This document shows positions 7,724 through 15,772 of a stretch of 15,772 bases of DNA, piece after piece (the stretch's first letter is position 1; the number at the start of each line of letters is the position of its first letter). This DNA comes from Cyanobacteria bacterium P01_D01_bin.156 (GTDB lineage Bacteria > Cyanobacteriota > Cyanobacteriia > Phormidesmidales > Phormidesmidaceae), in NCBI GenBank assembly GCA_039024555.1, contig JBCCQQ010000097.1:1-15772 (forward strand). The letters run 5' to 3'. Below the pieces are notes generated by a model that was not told the DNA's origin, made no database searches, and was given only the letters and a program-made list of their open reading frames with translations. The position numbers and the translations under genes were made by a program.

Positions 7724-7778
7724 TATTGTCGCCTTTAAAAAGACAATATGTCTCTTATTTTGTATATTGTCTTTTTAA
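7724..7778. repeat. Nested inverted repeats with three TATTGTC/GACAATA half-sites
   Basis: TTAAAAAGACAATAT (7735-7749) / ATATTGTCTTTTTAA (7764-7778), perfect 15 bp; additional TATTGTC at 7724-7730. Confidence 0.6.
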
Positions 7779-7802
7779 GGTGCTCTATTCATAATGAAAA
7801 CG

Positions 7803-7893
7803 GGCATTACTGATCCTCGGGATGATTTGATCTGCCAAATCCAGCACTCTGGCCAGATGTACAGATCGTTTCATCCTCTAAATCAGCAATGGC
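7803..7893. mobile_element. ~91-bp MITE-like element, copy 1
   Basis: Ends GGCATTACTGAT ... ATCAGCAATGGC (10/12 inverted), internal GATGA/TCATC and GATCTG/CAGATC dyads; flanks TGAAAACG / TAAAAGCG (6/8 identical, possible decayed target duplication). Confidence 0.6.
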
Positions 7894-7901
7894 TAAAAGC
7901 G

Positions 7902-7992
7902 AGCCTTGTTAATTCCCGAAATGATTTTAGTTGTTGAACCCTGACTCTAAAAGGGGCTTCTAGATCGTTTTATTTCCGGAATCAGCAACGGC
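7902..7992. mobile_element. ~91-bp MITE-like element, copy 2
   Basis: Ends AGCCTTGTTAATTCCCGAAATGA ... TTATTTCCGGAATCAGCAACGGC; same length as copy 1 and 8 bp downstream of it. Confidence 0.6.
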
Positions 7993-8029
7993 TAAGTATC
8001 AAACATCAACTAAAGAGAGGAACATGACC

Positions 8030-8236
8030 ATGGCTAATGTTGAGATTTCTGTTTTAGACAATGGCCCAGTTATTGTGAAAGGAGACTTTTCCTTAAATGA
8101 CGGTGCCCAGAAGCCTTACCCTAAGCAAGAACAAATTGCTTTGTGTCGTTGTGGGGCATCGGCTAATAAGCCTTTCTGTGATGGTGCCCATGCTAAAGCT
8201 GGGTTTAAGGCTGAAGAGCGGGCTCCTGAAGCGTAG
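8030..8236 (+). CDS. CDGSH iron-sulfur domain protein
   Basis: NGP N-terminal motif and ALCRCGASANKPFCDGAH [2Fe-2S] (3Cys-1His) motif; GAGG RBS spacing favours ATG 8030 over 8024. Confidence 0.92.
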   Translation: MANVEISVLDNGPVIVKGDFSLNDGAQKPYPKQEQIALCRCGASANKPFCDGAHAKAGFKAEERAPEA

Positions 8237-8296
8237 AAAGGAATAGCCAACTTTGCACCTGTTGCTCACAACAGATTATAGATAAGACAATAGCCA

Positions 8297-8342
8297 AGCA
8301 GCTATGCCCGTGGTTTATATATGAACCACGGGCATAGCTGCT
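8297..8342. repeat. Perfect 19-bp GC-rich hairpin (terminator/stabiliser or REP-like)
   Basis: AGCAGCTATGCCCGTGGTT (8297-8315) / AACCACGGGCATAGCTGCT (8324-8342), 8-nt loop, no U-tract. Confidence 0.65.
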
Positions 8343-8528
8343 CTAACTCTGGAAAATCTCAGCTGATTGGCAAAGTTGTTGTATGGTCCAGTCGCCTATT
8401 TTGACATGGTTATTTTAGCGATCGCACATGCCAAAAGCCACAGGAGTAAAGTGTCAGGCTAGGGTAATTGCTTTACAGACTTGGCAAGTTATCCACACAA
8501 TAACGGTAGGACTCTAAATAGTAGGCCC

Positions 8529-9824
8529 ATGGCACCTATGGAGCAGACAGACAGCGACATTGACCAGCAGGGCTTGGCATGGCTACCCCAGCTCAGACGT
8601 GAGATCTGGATTTTGGCCACTGGACAGTTGCTTTTGTACATTGGCCAGGGATTTACCCTAGTCTATGCGTCAATTTATTTTGTGAACGATTTGGGGTTTT
8701 CTCCAACTCAGGTGGGGTTAGCCCTCAGCAGCAGTGGTTTAGCAGGAATTGCCGGTCGATTTTGGTCTGGCTATGCCATTGACTCAGACTTTTGGGGTCG
8801 CCGCCGTACGCTAATGTTGTCCTCTGTAATGACGGCCATTGCCTGCTTTTGCCTTGCTGGTGCGACGACCTTTGGGTTGCTAGTGCTAGGCAACATGCTG
8901 CTGGGGTTAGGGATTAGCCTTTATTGGCCTGCCAATTTGTCAGTGACAACAGATCTGACAACGCCAGAAAATCGATCAGAAGCCTTTGCCCTAACGCGAC
9001 TCGTGGATCATTTGGGTTTGGCCCTAGGGGCGCTATTAGCGGGACAATACGTGGCGATGTCCGGCAATTACAGTATTTTGTTTATTCTCAAGGGGGTAAC
9101 CTATCTACTATTTGCAGGGGTAATCTATGTCGCCATTGCAGAAACGCGACAGCCGCTTTCAGAACAGCGAAATGTATGGCAGGACTGGGGGCAGGCGCTG
9201 CGCGATCGCACATTGCTCATCTACCTAAGTGCCAACCTGTTCTTTACCATCTATGCCGCCCAGCACACAAGCACGTTGCCCCTGTACCTGGCAAACTTTA
9301 TTCCCCATGGCAACACAGCGACGGGCTTTTCAGAACAATGGATCAGCTACTTTTTTGTCTGGCATGTGTTTCTAAAAGTTGTTCTGCAGCTGCCCATTAC
9401 CCACTGGGTCAAGACTATCAACTATGTGTCGATTTTGTTGGTGGCCCTAACGGTGTGGAGCATAGCCTTTTTCTTACTTTGGTTAACCGCCGTTGTTCCT
9501 AACGGAGCGCTGTTTGTGGCCATTGCCGCCTTTGGCTTGATTTCCTTAGCCGAGATTCTTTACTCCCCTGCCGGAGTGTCTCTTTTAGGGGAAATGGCTC
9601 CGGAAAATCTACGTGGTATCTACTTTTCTCTAGAATCTCAATGTTGGTCCATTGGCTTTACCGTTGGCCCTGCCATGGGCGGGTGGGCTCTGGATCATCC
9701 TGACATCGTAGGCATTAACCTATGGCTTTACATTATTACCGGTGGATTTGTAGCTAGCGTGATTTTAGCAGTGCTAAAACAACAGCTAACAACGGTGTCT
9801 AATTTGTCGACCGATCCTGTTTAA
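8529..9824 (+). CDS. Major facilitator superfamily transporter
   Basis: About 12 hydrophobic segments, motif-A-like GYAIDSDFWGRRR, APENLRGIYFSL in the second half; ATG 8529 (or 8538) is more plausible than TTG 8481. Confidence 0.9.
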   Translation: MAPMEQTDSDIDQQGLAWLPQLRREIWILATGQLLLYIGQGFTLVYASIYFVNDLGFSPTQVGLALSSSGLAGIAGRFWSGYAIDSDFWGRRRTLMLSSVMTAIACFCLAGATTFGLLVLGNMLLGLGISLYWPANLSVTTDLTTPENRSEAFALTRLVDHLGLALGALLAGQYVAMSGNYSILFILKGVTYLLFAGVIYVAIAETRQPLSEQRNVWQDWGQALRDRTLLIYLSANLFFTIYAAQHTSTLPLYLANFIPHGNTATGFSEQWISYFFVWHVFLKVVLQLPITHWVKTINYVSILLVALTVWSIAFFLLWLTAVVPNGALFVAIAAFGLISLAEILYSPAGVSLLGEMAPENLRGIYFSLESQCWSIGFTVGPAMGGWALDHPDIVGINLWLYIITGGFVASVILAVLKQQLTTVSNLSTDPV

Positions 9825-10882
9825 CGGTGTAACAGCTGTTCCAGACTAGCTTCCATGATGGCAGTGTTCTGCCCTGATACAGAAAAGGCTAGGGCTTCTC
9901 GATACACCCGCTGAGCCGGGTGGTGATTAAAGTTTGCTGCACCTCGGGAGACAATCACAGCGGCATGGGCACAGCGAACGGCTAAGTCAATGGCCCAGGC
10001 CCGTAGACGGATACGTTCGGATGATGGATTTGCCAGAGTGTTGTAGGTTTTGGTGCGACACTGTAAAACCTCTTGGTGGAGCTGGTCATAGACATTCCTA
10101 ACAGTGGGGATTGTGCCTGTCTGAGCTTTTTCTAAAATATCCAGACCTGCCTGGGCACAGCCAAGGGCAAAAAAGTTGTGGGTGGGGGGATAGGTACGAT
10201 CGCTCTTTTGAATCCAGCCTGCAGGTTTAATATCCAAAACCAGTTCTTTGGGTGCCACCCAGTTGTCTAACGTTGCCGTCACCGTTTGGGTGGACCCTAA
10301 GGCCGCTAGTCTCATTGGTTCACTAAACGACAGTGAATTTCCCACATTCTGAAACGGGGCCAATACAAAAACGGACCGCCCATCCGGTAGCTGAGCCGCC
10401 AACATCCAGTGGTCAAAAATTCCAAACCCAGTAATCCAGGGCACCGTACCGTTAAAACAGTAGCCGTCAGTCTTTTCTGTTGCCGTTATGGGCTGCTGGG
10501 CGCGACGCAGGTGAGAAAAACCCACACCTAGACCAATGCGGCCTGCGATCGCGGCCTGAAGATACTTTTCTTTGAGGGCCTGATTATCAGAACTTGCCAG
10601 CTCCTGCACACAGCGCTGATGTTGACTTTGTAAAAAGACTAGTGCCCCCGAGTACCGCGCCAGCTGCTCGGTGTAGCCATAAGATTGCCGTGAGTCCCAT
10701 CCTTGTCCACCCAGCTGTTTCTCTACTTTGAGTCCCAATAGGTGATGAGTCCCTAGTGCTTCAAACGTTTGCTGCAGACAGCTTGGGTCTTGATCTATGC
10801 GCTCTGCGTGGGGTTCAACTAAAGTTTTTAAGAGCGTTTCAACAGACTGAACCGGAGAATTCGTAGCTATAGATAGATTCAT
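9821..10882 (-). CDS. Acyl-CoA dehydrogenase-like flavoprotein
   Basis: LLGLKVEKQLGGQG, KEKYL...G.IGLGVGFS, FNGTVPWITG, HPAQRVYREA motifs of the ACAD fold; stop overlaps the MFS stop (TTAA 9821-9824). Confidence 0.85.
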   Translation of the reverse strand: MNLSIATNSPVQSVETLLKTLVEPHAERIDQDPSCLQQTFEALGTHHLLGLKVEKQLGGQGWDSRQSYGYTEQLARYSGALVFLQSQHQRCVQELASSDNQALKEKYLQAAIAGRIGLGVGFSHLRRAQQPITATEKTDGYCFNGTVPWITGFGIFDHWMLAAQLPDGRSVFVLAPFQNVGNSLSFSEPMRLAALGSTQTVTATLDNWVAPKELVLDIKPAGWIQKSDRTYPPTHNFFALGCAQAGLDILEKAQTGTIPTVRNVYDQLHQEVLQCRTKTYNTLANPSSERIRLRAWAIDLAVRCAHAAVIVSRGAANFNHHPAQRVYREALAFSVSGQNTAIMEASLEQLLHR

Positions 10883-10912
10883 CGGGACAAATATAATAGC
10901 TTATACATTTCC

Positions 10913-11004
10913 GGTGTTGCTGATCGCCAAGGTGACGTTAGCTTTCAAGTTCTGAACCTAGCAAGGGTTTGCGGCTCGGTTCATTTCCAAGAATCAGCAA
11001 CGGC
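10913..11004. mobile_element. ~92-bp MITE-like element, copy 3, with 8-bp target duplication
   Basis: Ends GGTGTTGCTGAT ... ATCAGCAACGGC (10/12 inverted); flanked by ACATTTCC (10905-10912) and ACACTTCC (11005-11012); right end nearly identical to copy 2. Confidence 0.68.
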
Positions 11005-11047
11005 ACACTTCCAATGTAGTGGCTAAAGCTTTTTGGCTCAATTATTT

Positions 11048-14000
11048 TTATGAGCTAAGGTTGAGTTCCTCAGTATCAACAGCCCCTAGATCTTTCAGAC
11101 TGACTCTCTGTACTGGATCAATCCCCGTAATTCCCCTGATTTCCATATTTTCGTAGGGACGTGGGGGTCTAATGGGCTGGCACTCATTACTGATGATGTC
11201 GATGATGTAAATAGTGCCGCTGCGATCGCAGCTCACTAAATGGCGGCTATCCGACGTAAACACTAACGACTGAATCCCCAGCGGCTGGCCAATCAGCATC
11301 GGTATCTCCAGCTGTCTTACCTTCCAAGTTTTAGGATCTTCCATGTGAACATCCTCCCACACATAAATCCGATGGTCGTCGCTACCAGTGGCCATCCAAC
11401 ATCCATCTGGGCTAAACGCAACAGATTTTACCCCTGCAGTTTGGTGCTGTTCTTCAAAACGATGGAGACAGTCTCCTGTTTCGGCATTCCAAATAATCAC
11501 CTTGCCATCGTCGCTACCGCTAGCCAAGAGTAACGACTGTTCAGACTCTTGGCCAAGTTCTGAACCTCGAATGGGTCTAAACGCCACTGACCGAATTCTA
11601 TGTTGATGTTGACCCTGCAAGGGCCGAATTACCTTACCTGTAAATGGATTCCAAAGATAAATTATCTTATCGTCCCCGCCACTGGCCAGATACCGCCCAT
11701 CTCCACTAAAAGCCACTGCGCGAATCCAATGTTGATGCTGAGCCAATACCCGCAGTTTTCGTCCCGTGGGTAACTGCCAAAGACAAATTTGTTGATCATC
11801 TGCCCCACTGGCCAATATCGTACCACTGTGATTAAAAGCCACCGTGCGCACCCAATGCTGATGACCGGTGAGGACTTTAACACAGCAACTTGTCTGTAAA
11901 TTCCAAATTCGAATCGTACCATCATCACTGGCACTCGCCACCCAGTACCCATGGGCTGCAACACTCCACACTCGGCCCGTATGCCCTGCCAAATCTCGAA
12001 TAGGCATATTGGGATTTACCTTAGAGCCCTGCTGCCACAGTTTTATTCTCCAATCATTTCCCCCACTAATGATCAAATCTGGCTTAGGTGTCGATTGCTT
12101 TAGTACAGCCACTGAACGAGTGCCCATCGCAAACCCCCGCAAGATTTTACTGGGCTCAATCGGATGTACAGATTTATGCTGACCAGAAGAGACTTTAGAT
12201 AACACTACAGAGCGATCGTCCCCGCCGCTGGCCAGTAGAGTTTGCCGGTTATGTTGATAAAAGGCAACTGACCATACTCGGCTTTTATGGATTGGAAACT
12301 TACCAATGGGAGCTCTTCTGTTAAAGTCCCACAAAATGATTGTGCCATCGTCACTACCACTGGCAATGTAGTCGTCATTTGGGCTCACGGCCACCGAACG
12401 AACTCGATCCGTATGTTCTTTCAAAACTCGAATACAGGACTGAGTTTTCAGGTCCCATAGCCGAACTGTTTGATCGTCACCGCTGCTCACTAGGTAGCGA
12501 CCACAGGAAGAAAACGCCACCGAACGAGCCCAGCCTGTGTGGCCCTTGGTAACCGAAGAGATAAAAATCTGTTCTCCACTCTGCCAGTCCCAAACTCGGA
12601 CAGTCATATCATCTCCACAGCTGGCAATCCTATCACCGTTGGGGCTAAAGGCAATATAGCGCAGCGTCTCATTACCCATGGATATTGCCGATCCACGGTC
12701 AGTTGTTTGTAACTTTACGATTTCTTGGTGAGTTAGTTCATCGTATAAATAAATAACTCCATGACTGCAGCAAGCAATTATTTCTTGCTTTGGATGAAAT
12801 GCTACTGAACGCACCCAGTCTGGGAATCCATCTTTTTCCCACACTAAAGAAATATTGTTAAGGCTTGGGTGGTCGTCAGGACTCGGATGAAATCGCCAAA
12901 GTTTTAGTCTGCTGTCATCCCCACCAGTGGCCAACAATGTGTTGTCACGGTTAAACGCCAGCGATCTTACCCAGCCTAAATGCCCCTGCCAGTAGGTACG
13001 CTTTTTGTAGGTCAGCGCATTCCAAATATGAATGTGGCCGTTAGTATCACCTGCAGCCACATAGGGCGCAGCCAGAGTATTAGTATCACTTTGGTTATAG
13101 GTAAAATTAACGGATACTACATCACTCAGCATTTCGGTGAAGACAGACTTCTCTAAGTTACAGTTGTTAAACTTAGTCTTGGTGAGTTTGACTCCTTCGA
13201 GATCGGCTTGCCAAATCGCTAAGTCGGAAAAGTTTTTGTTGCTTAAATTCTTAGACTCATTGGCTTCTTTAGAGAGTTCGGCCATCAAATTAAACAAATT
13301 TCCACCAAAATACCCAGTTTTGTAGGCTGGATTCTGACGATGGCTATCAAGAATAGTCTCTAGCTTTTTTTGTGTTTCTTCGGTGCTGCCATATTCTTGT
13401 TTAAGTGCCTCTAGTACCGGTATTAGCAAGGTCTCGGTTTGTTGATCCCGCAGAGACCAGTCTGCATTTGCTTTGAGTAAAGAGTGACTGTTCAACAGCA
13501 AATCACCTGAAGCGATGGCTGATTTAGGCGTTGCCAACGCAGTTAGTTCACTAATAATGCATTCAGCTAAGTGCTGGGTAACATACTCCATCACAACAGG
13601 CTGTAGCTTATATCCAGCTCCGTTCTCAAGCACATCAATCAGCGCTCGATGTTCAAGGGAGCGCAGGGTATAGACTAGCTCTTTGCGATTACGCTGAGAA
13701 ACAATATCTAATCGCAAATTGTGGAAAGTCGTAAATGAGCCATTGATGGCGAGCCAATACATGGCTTCTTTTTCTAGAGCCGTAAGACGGGTGTCAAACT
13801 GTTGCTTTAAAATATCCCGAAGGTCGTCAAATACTAACCGATTTTGCTCAAAAAACTCCTGAATTGAACCGGCAAATAACTCTCTGATGGTTGTAGCTGC
13901 TAGTTTAAGCGCCAGGGGATTACCTGCATAGCAGTCAAGCAGCTGCTGTTGCTGCTGTTGGCCCAAATTATCAAGTCCAGTCTGATGTAAAATATGCCGG

Positions 14001-14890
14001 GCGTCGCTATCCTTAAGTCCAATTAAGGTACGCAGCCGCACCTTGAGTTTGTCTCCCTCTGAAGCGATGAGCATTTGGGGCTTTTCTCGACTCACAATAA
14101 CGACACAGCTGTGCAGGGGATTCTGGTGGCGAGCACCGCTGATTTGGTCAAGCAGCTCCTGATATAAACCCACATCCTCAGGAATTCCCGAATCGCGTGG
14201 AGATCCTAATACTCCAGCCTGACGATGACGGGAAGCTTCATTGACGTTTGCAGGGGCAGCATTGTCCCTAAACAAACACTCAAACTGATCAAGAATTAGT
14301 AAACATCGCTTTTGAGCTAGTACCTTCAACAGTGCTGTAGGTGTCAACTTAGAAGATTCATCGAGAAAAGACAGAGACTTCAATAGATTTGCAAATGAAC
14401 CGTGCTGTTTAACCGAGCGCCATGCAATCAGTTCAAAATCGTGCTTTAGCTGCTGAGCTAGCTCCACGGCTAAGGTTGTTTTACCTATACCGCCCATACC
14501 GGTCAGGGCAATCAAATCGCAGTGTTCATCCTGAATCCACTGGCATAACTCGCTGAGTTCCTGCTGACGTCCGACAAAATAACTGACCCTAGGGGCATTG
14601 CCCAAATCTAGACTGTCCTTAGCCTGATAATTGGGCAATGCCGCCTGTGCTTCACGGAGCTTCTCCTTAAGCCGTGCGAGCTTGCCAGGGCCTTTACTCT
14701 CAATCCCAAATTTGTGATACACCTCCCCCAGCCGTTTGCGAACAGCCGGATTAGTAATACCTAGTCGTTTTGCGGTATCGGCGTTGGACAAACCATTGAG
14801 TACTAGTATTAATGCCTCACGTTCTGCCTTAGTAACGCCTTTAGCTTTTAGTTGTGAGGCAAGAAAGTCATCCGAGATATCAGGCTCCAT
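11048..14890 (-). CDS. STAND NTPase: LuxR-type HTH + NB-ARC + pentapeptide linker + WD40 repeats
   Basis: N-terminal TKAEREALILVLNGLSNADTAKRLGITNPAVRKRLGEVYHKFGI HTH; FVGRQQEL, Walker A GMGGIGKT, Walker B LLILDQFE, GNPLAL; LSNKNFSDLAIWQADLEG pentapeptide stretch; roughly 13-14 GH..WV.SVAF..LASG.DD...WD repeats; PYENMEIRGITG C-terminus. Confidence 0.93.
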   Translation of the reverse strand: MEPDISDDFLASQLKAKGVTKAEREALILVLNGLSNADTAKRLGITNPAVRKRLGEVYHKFGIESKGPGKLARLKEKLREAQAALPNYQAKDSLDLGNAPRVSYFVGRQQELSELCQWIQDEHCDLIALTGMGGIGKTTLAVELAQQLKHDFELIAWRSVKQHGSFANLLKSLSFLDESSKLTPTALLKVLAQKRCLLILDQFECLFRDNAAPANVNEASRHRQAGVLGSPRDSGIPEDVGLYQELLDQISGARHQNPLHSCVVIVSREKPQMLIASEGDKLKVRLRTLIGLKDSDARHILHQTGLDNLGQQQQQQLLDCYAGNPLALKLAATTIRELFAGSIQEFFEQNRLVFDDLRDILKQQFDTRLTALEKEAMYWLAINGSFTTFHNLRLDIVSQRNRKELVYTLRSLEHRALIDVLENGAGYKLQPVVMEYVTQHLAECIISELTALATPKSAIASGDLLLNSHSLLKANADWSLRDQQTETLLIPVLEALKQEYGSTEETQKKLETILDSHRQNPAYKTGYFGGNLFNLMAELSKEANESKNLSNKNFSDLAIWQADLEGVKLTKTKFNNCNLEKSVFTEMLSDVVSVNFTYNQSDTNTLAAPYVAAGDTNGHIHIWNALTYKKRTYWQGHLGWVRSLAFNRDNTLLATGGDDSRLKLWRFHPSPDDHPSLNNISLVWEKDGFPDWVRSVAFHPKQEIIACCSHGVIYLYDELTHQEIVKLQTTDRGSAISMGNETLRYIAFSPNGDRIASCGDDMTVRVWDWQSGEQIFISSVTKGHTGWARSVAFSSCGRYLVSSGDDQTVRLWDLKTQSCIRVLKEHTDRVRSVAVSPNDDYIASGSDDGTIILWDFNRRAPIGKFPIHKSRVWSVAFYQHNRQTLLASGGDDRSVVLSKVSSGQHKSVHPIEPSKILRGFAMGTRSVAVLKQSTPKPDLIISGGNDWRIKLWQQGSKVNPNMPIRDLAGHTGRVWSVAAHGYWVASASDDGTIRIWNLQTSCCVKVLTGHQHWVRTVAFNHSGTILASGADDQQICLWQLPTGRKLRVLAQHQHWIRAVAFSGDGRYLASGGDDKIIYLWNPFTGKVIRPLQGQHQHRIRSVAFRPIRGSELGQESEQSLLLASGSDDGKVIIWNAETGDCLHRFEEQHQTAGVKSVAFSPDGCWMATGSDDHRIYVWEDVHMEDPKTWKVRQLEIPMLIGQPLGIQSLVFTSDSRHLVSCDRSGTIYIIDIISNECQPIRPPRPYENMEIRGITGIDPVQRVSLKDLGAVDTEELNLSS

Positions 14891-15160
14891 TGCAGACTCC
14901 AGTCCGTAAAACGGCTGACAACCATCAATAGTCCTCAGCCCGGTATAAGTGACAGTATTTTGAAAGGATACCTCACATGAGTGAGGATTAAAGTTTCAAA
15001 ATATTATTTTCAGAGGTTAAGCTCACAAGTCTATGAATTAAGCGTGAGCTGCTAGGGTAGCGAATAGGTCTGATCAAAGTTGCTTAGCTCTAGTGTCCAG
15101 TCTTAAGGAAACCGATTACCTATTCACAGTGCCTTGGTTTCTAAAAGCCACATATCTTTA

Positions 15161-15194
15161 GTGAGATAAAGTGAGCCAAAGTGAATAGATGTGA
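15161..15194. promoter_or_regulatory. Four GTGA direct repeats at exact 10-bp spacing
   Basis: GTGAgataaa GTGAgccaaa GTGAatagat GTGA at 15161, 15171, 15181, 15191, just upstream of the 15230 start. Confidence 0.6.
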
Positions 15195-15229
15195 TATCCT
15201 GCTAGGGAATTACCTCACACAGAGACTAT

Positions 15230-15637
15230 ATGCCTAAGCAGGATGCCTACTATAAGAGTCGATCACTCTATGATGTGCTGACATTGGTTGATTGTTCTAT
15301 TCGATCAACGATTTTGAATACAGGGTTTGGTGAGCTGAGTGTAGAATTCGCTCGCTCAGACAATCCAAAGAAATTGCGGATTGCTGTAAAGGATACGGCT
15401 CATCACTTTTATCAGGTGACAGCTGAGGAAATGCGGCAGTTTCTAACCAGTGGACCTCACTTTCCAGAGAGTTATGTGAGTCCAGAACTCTGGCAAGCTC
15501 TGGGTGACCGTTTCCACGTCATCTGTGGGGAAGGCAGCACTGGCTATGGTCAGATTCGCCTTTCGACTAAAAAAGGGAACCATCAACAGGTATTTATGGT
15601 TGCTGGGGGTGTTTCCCAACAGTTCCATATTAGCTGA
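15230..15637 (+). CDS. Hypothetical protein with two tandem ~50-aa TG[FY]G[EQ] modules
   Basis: 135-aa ATG-started ORF divergent from the STAND gene; internal repeat TGFGEL (aa 31-36) / TGYGQI (aa 104-109). Confidence 0.7.
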   Translation: MPKQDAYYKSRSLYDVLTLVDCSIRSTILNTGFGELSVEFARSDNPKKLRIAVKDTAHHFYQVTAEEMRQFLTSGPHFPESYVSPELWQALGDRFHVICGEGSTGYGQIRLSTKKGNHQQVFMVAGGVSQQFHIS

Positions 15638-15772
15638 AAGGGAGACACAACAGCTAAAGCGTATCTAGGACAGCTTCTATAGCTCTTAGCCCTCGTAAAT
15701 GATACTCAATTTTGTTTCGGTCGAGTCTCATCAACGCCTGAACGTGTTTGTGGCAACGGTGCCAAAAAGGAA

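Noticed and set aside
7803..7992. Possible CRISPR mini-array or integron attC sites
   Set aside because: Units are inverted-repeat bounded rather than direct repeat-spacer, lack RYYYAAC/GTTRRRY cores, and no cas or integrase gene is present.
8924..9502. 192-aa alternative-frame ORF inside the MFS gene
   Set aside because: Fully nested in a clear MFS CDS; composition looks like an off-frame translation.
11345..13325. Several 60-104 aa ORFs and recurring DNA similarity within the WD40 region
   Set aside because: Antisense/off-frame shadows; the repeats are explained by WD40 coding repeats, not a CRISPR or other array.
13943..13960. (CAACAGCAG)x2 poly-Gln tract in the STAND gene
   Set aside because: In-frame, only two units; not a phase-variation tract.

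Overview
Cyanobacterial chromosomal window (7 HIP1 GCGATCGC octamers, NtcA-type promoter, Gpx2 and DUF1816 homologues). The left part is a co-oriented cluster: YdfG/IsfD-like SDR, TauE/SafE exporter, taurine:pyruvate-type class III aminotransferase, alanine/glycine:cation symporter and universal stress protein. It is preceded by NtcA-like boxes and reads as a candidate nitrogen-regulated taurine (or beta-alanine) nitrogen-scavenging pathway with isethionate export. The middle holds gpx2, a truncated glyoxalase/VOC remnant, DUF1816, a CDGSH Fe-S protein, an MFS transporter and an acyl-CoA dehydrogenase-like gene, plus three copies of a ~91-bp MITE-like element. The right part is a LuxR-HTH/NB-ARC/WD40 STAND protein transcribed divergently from a small internally duplicated hypothetical protein, with a 10-bp-phased GTGA repeat array between them. 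All family calls come from motif recognition by eye; no database searches were run.
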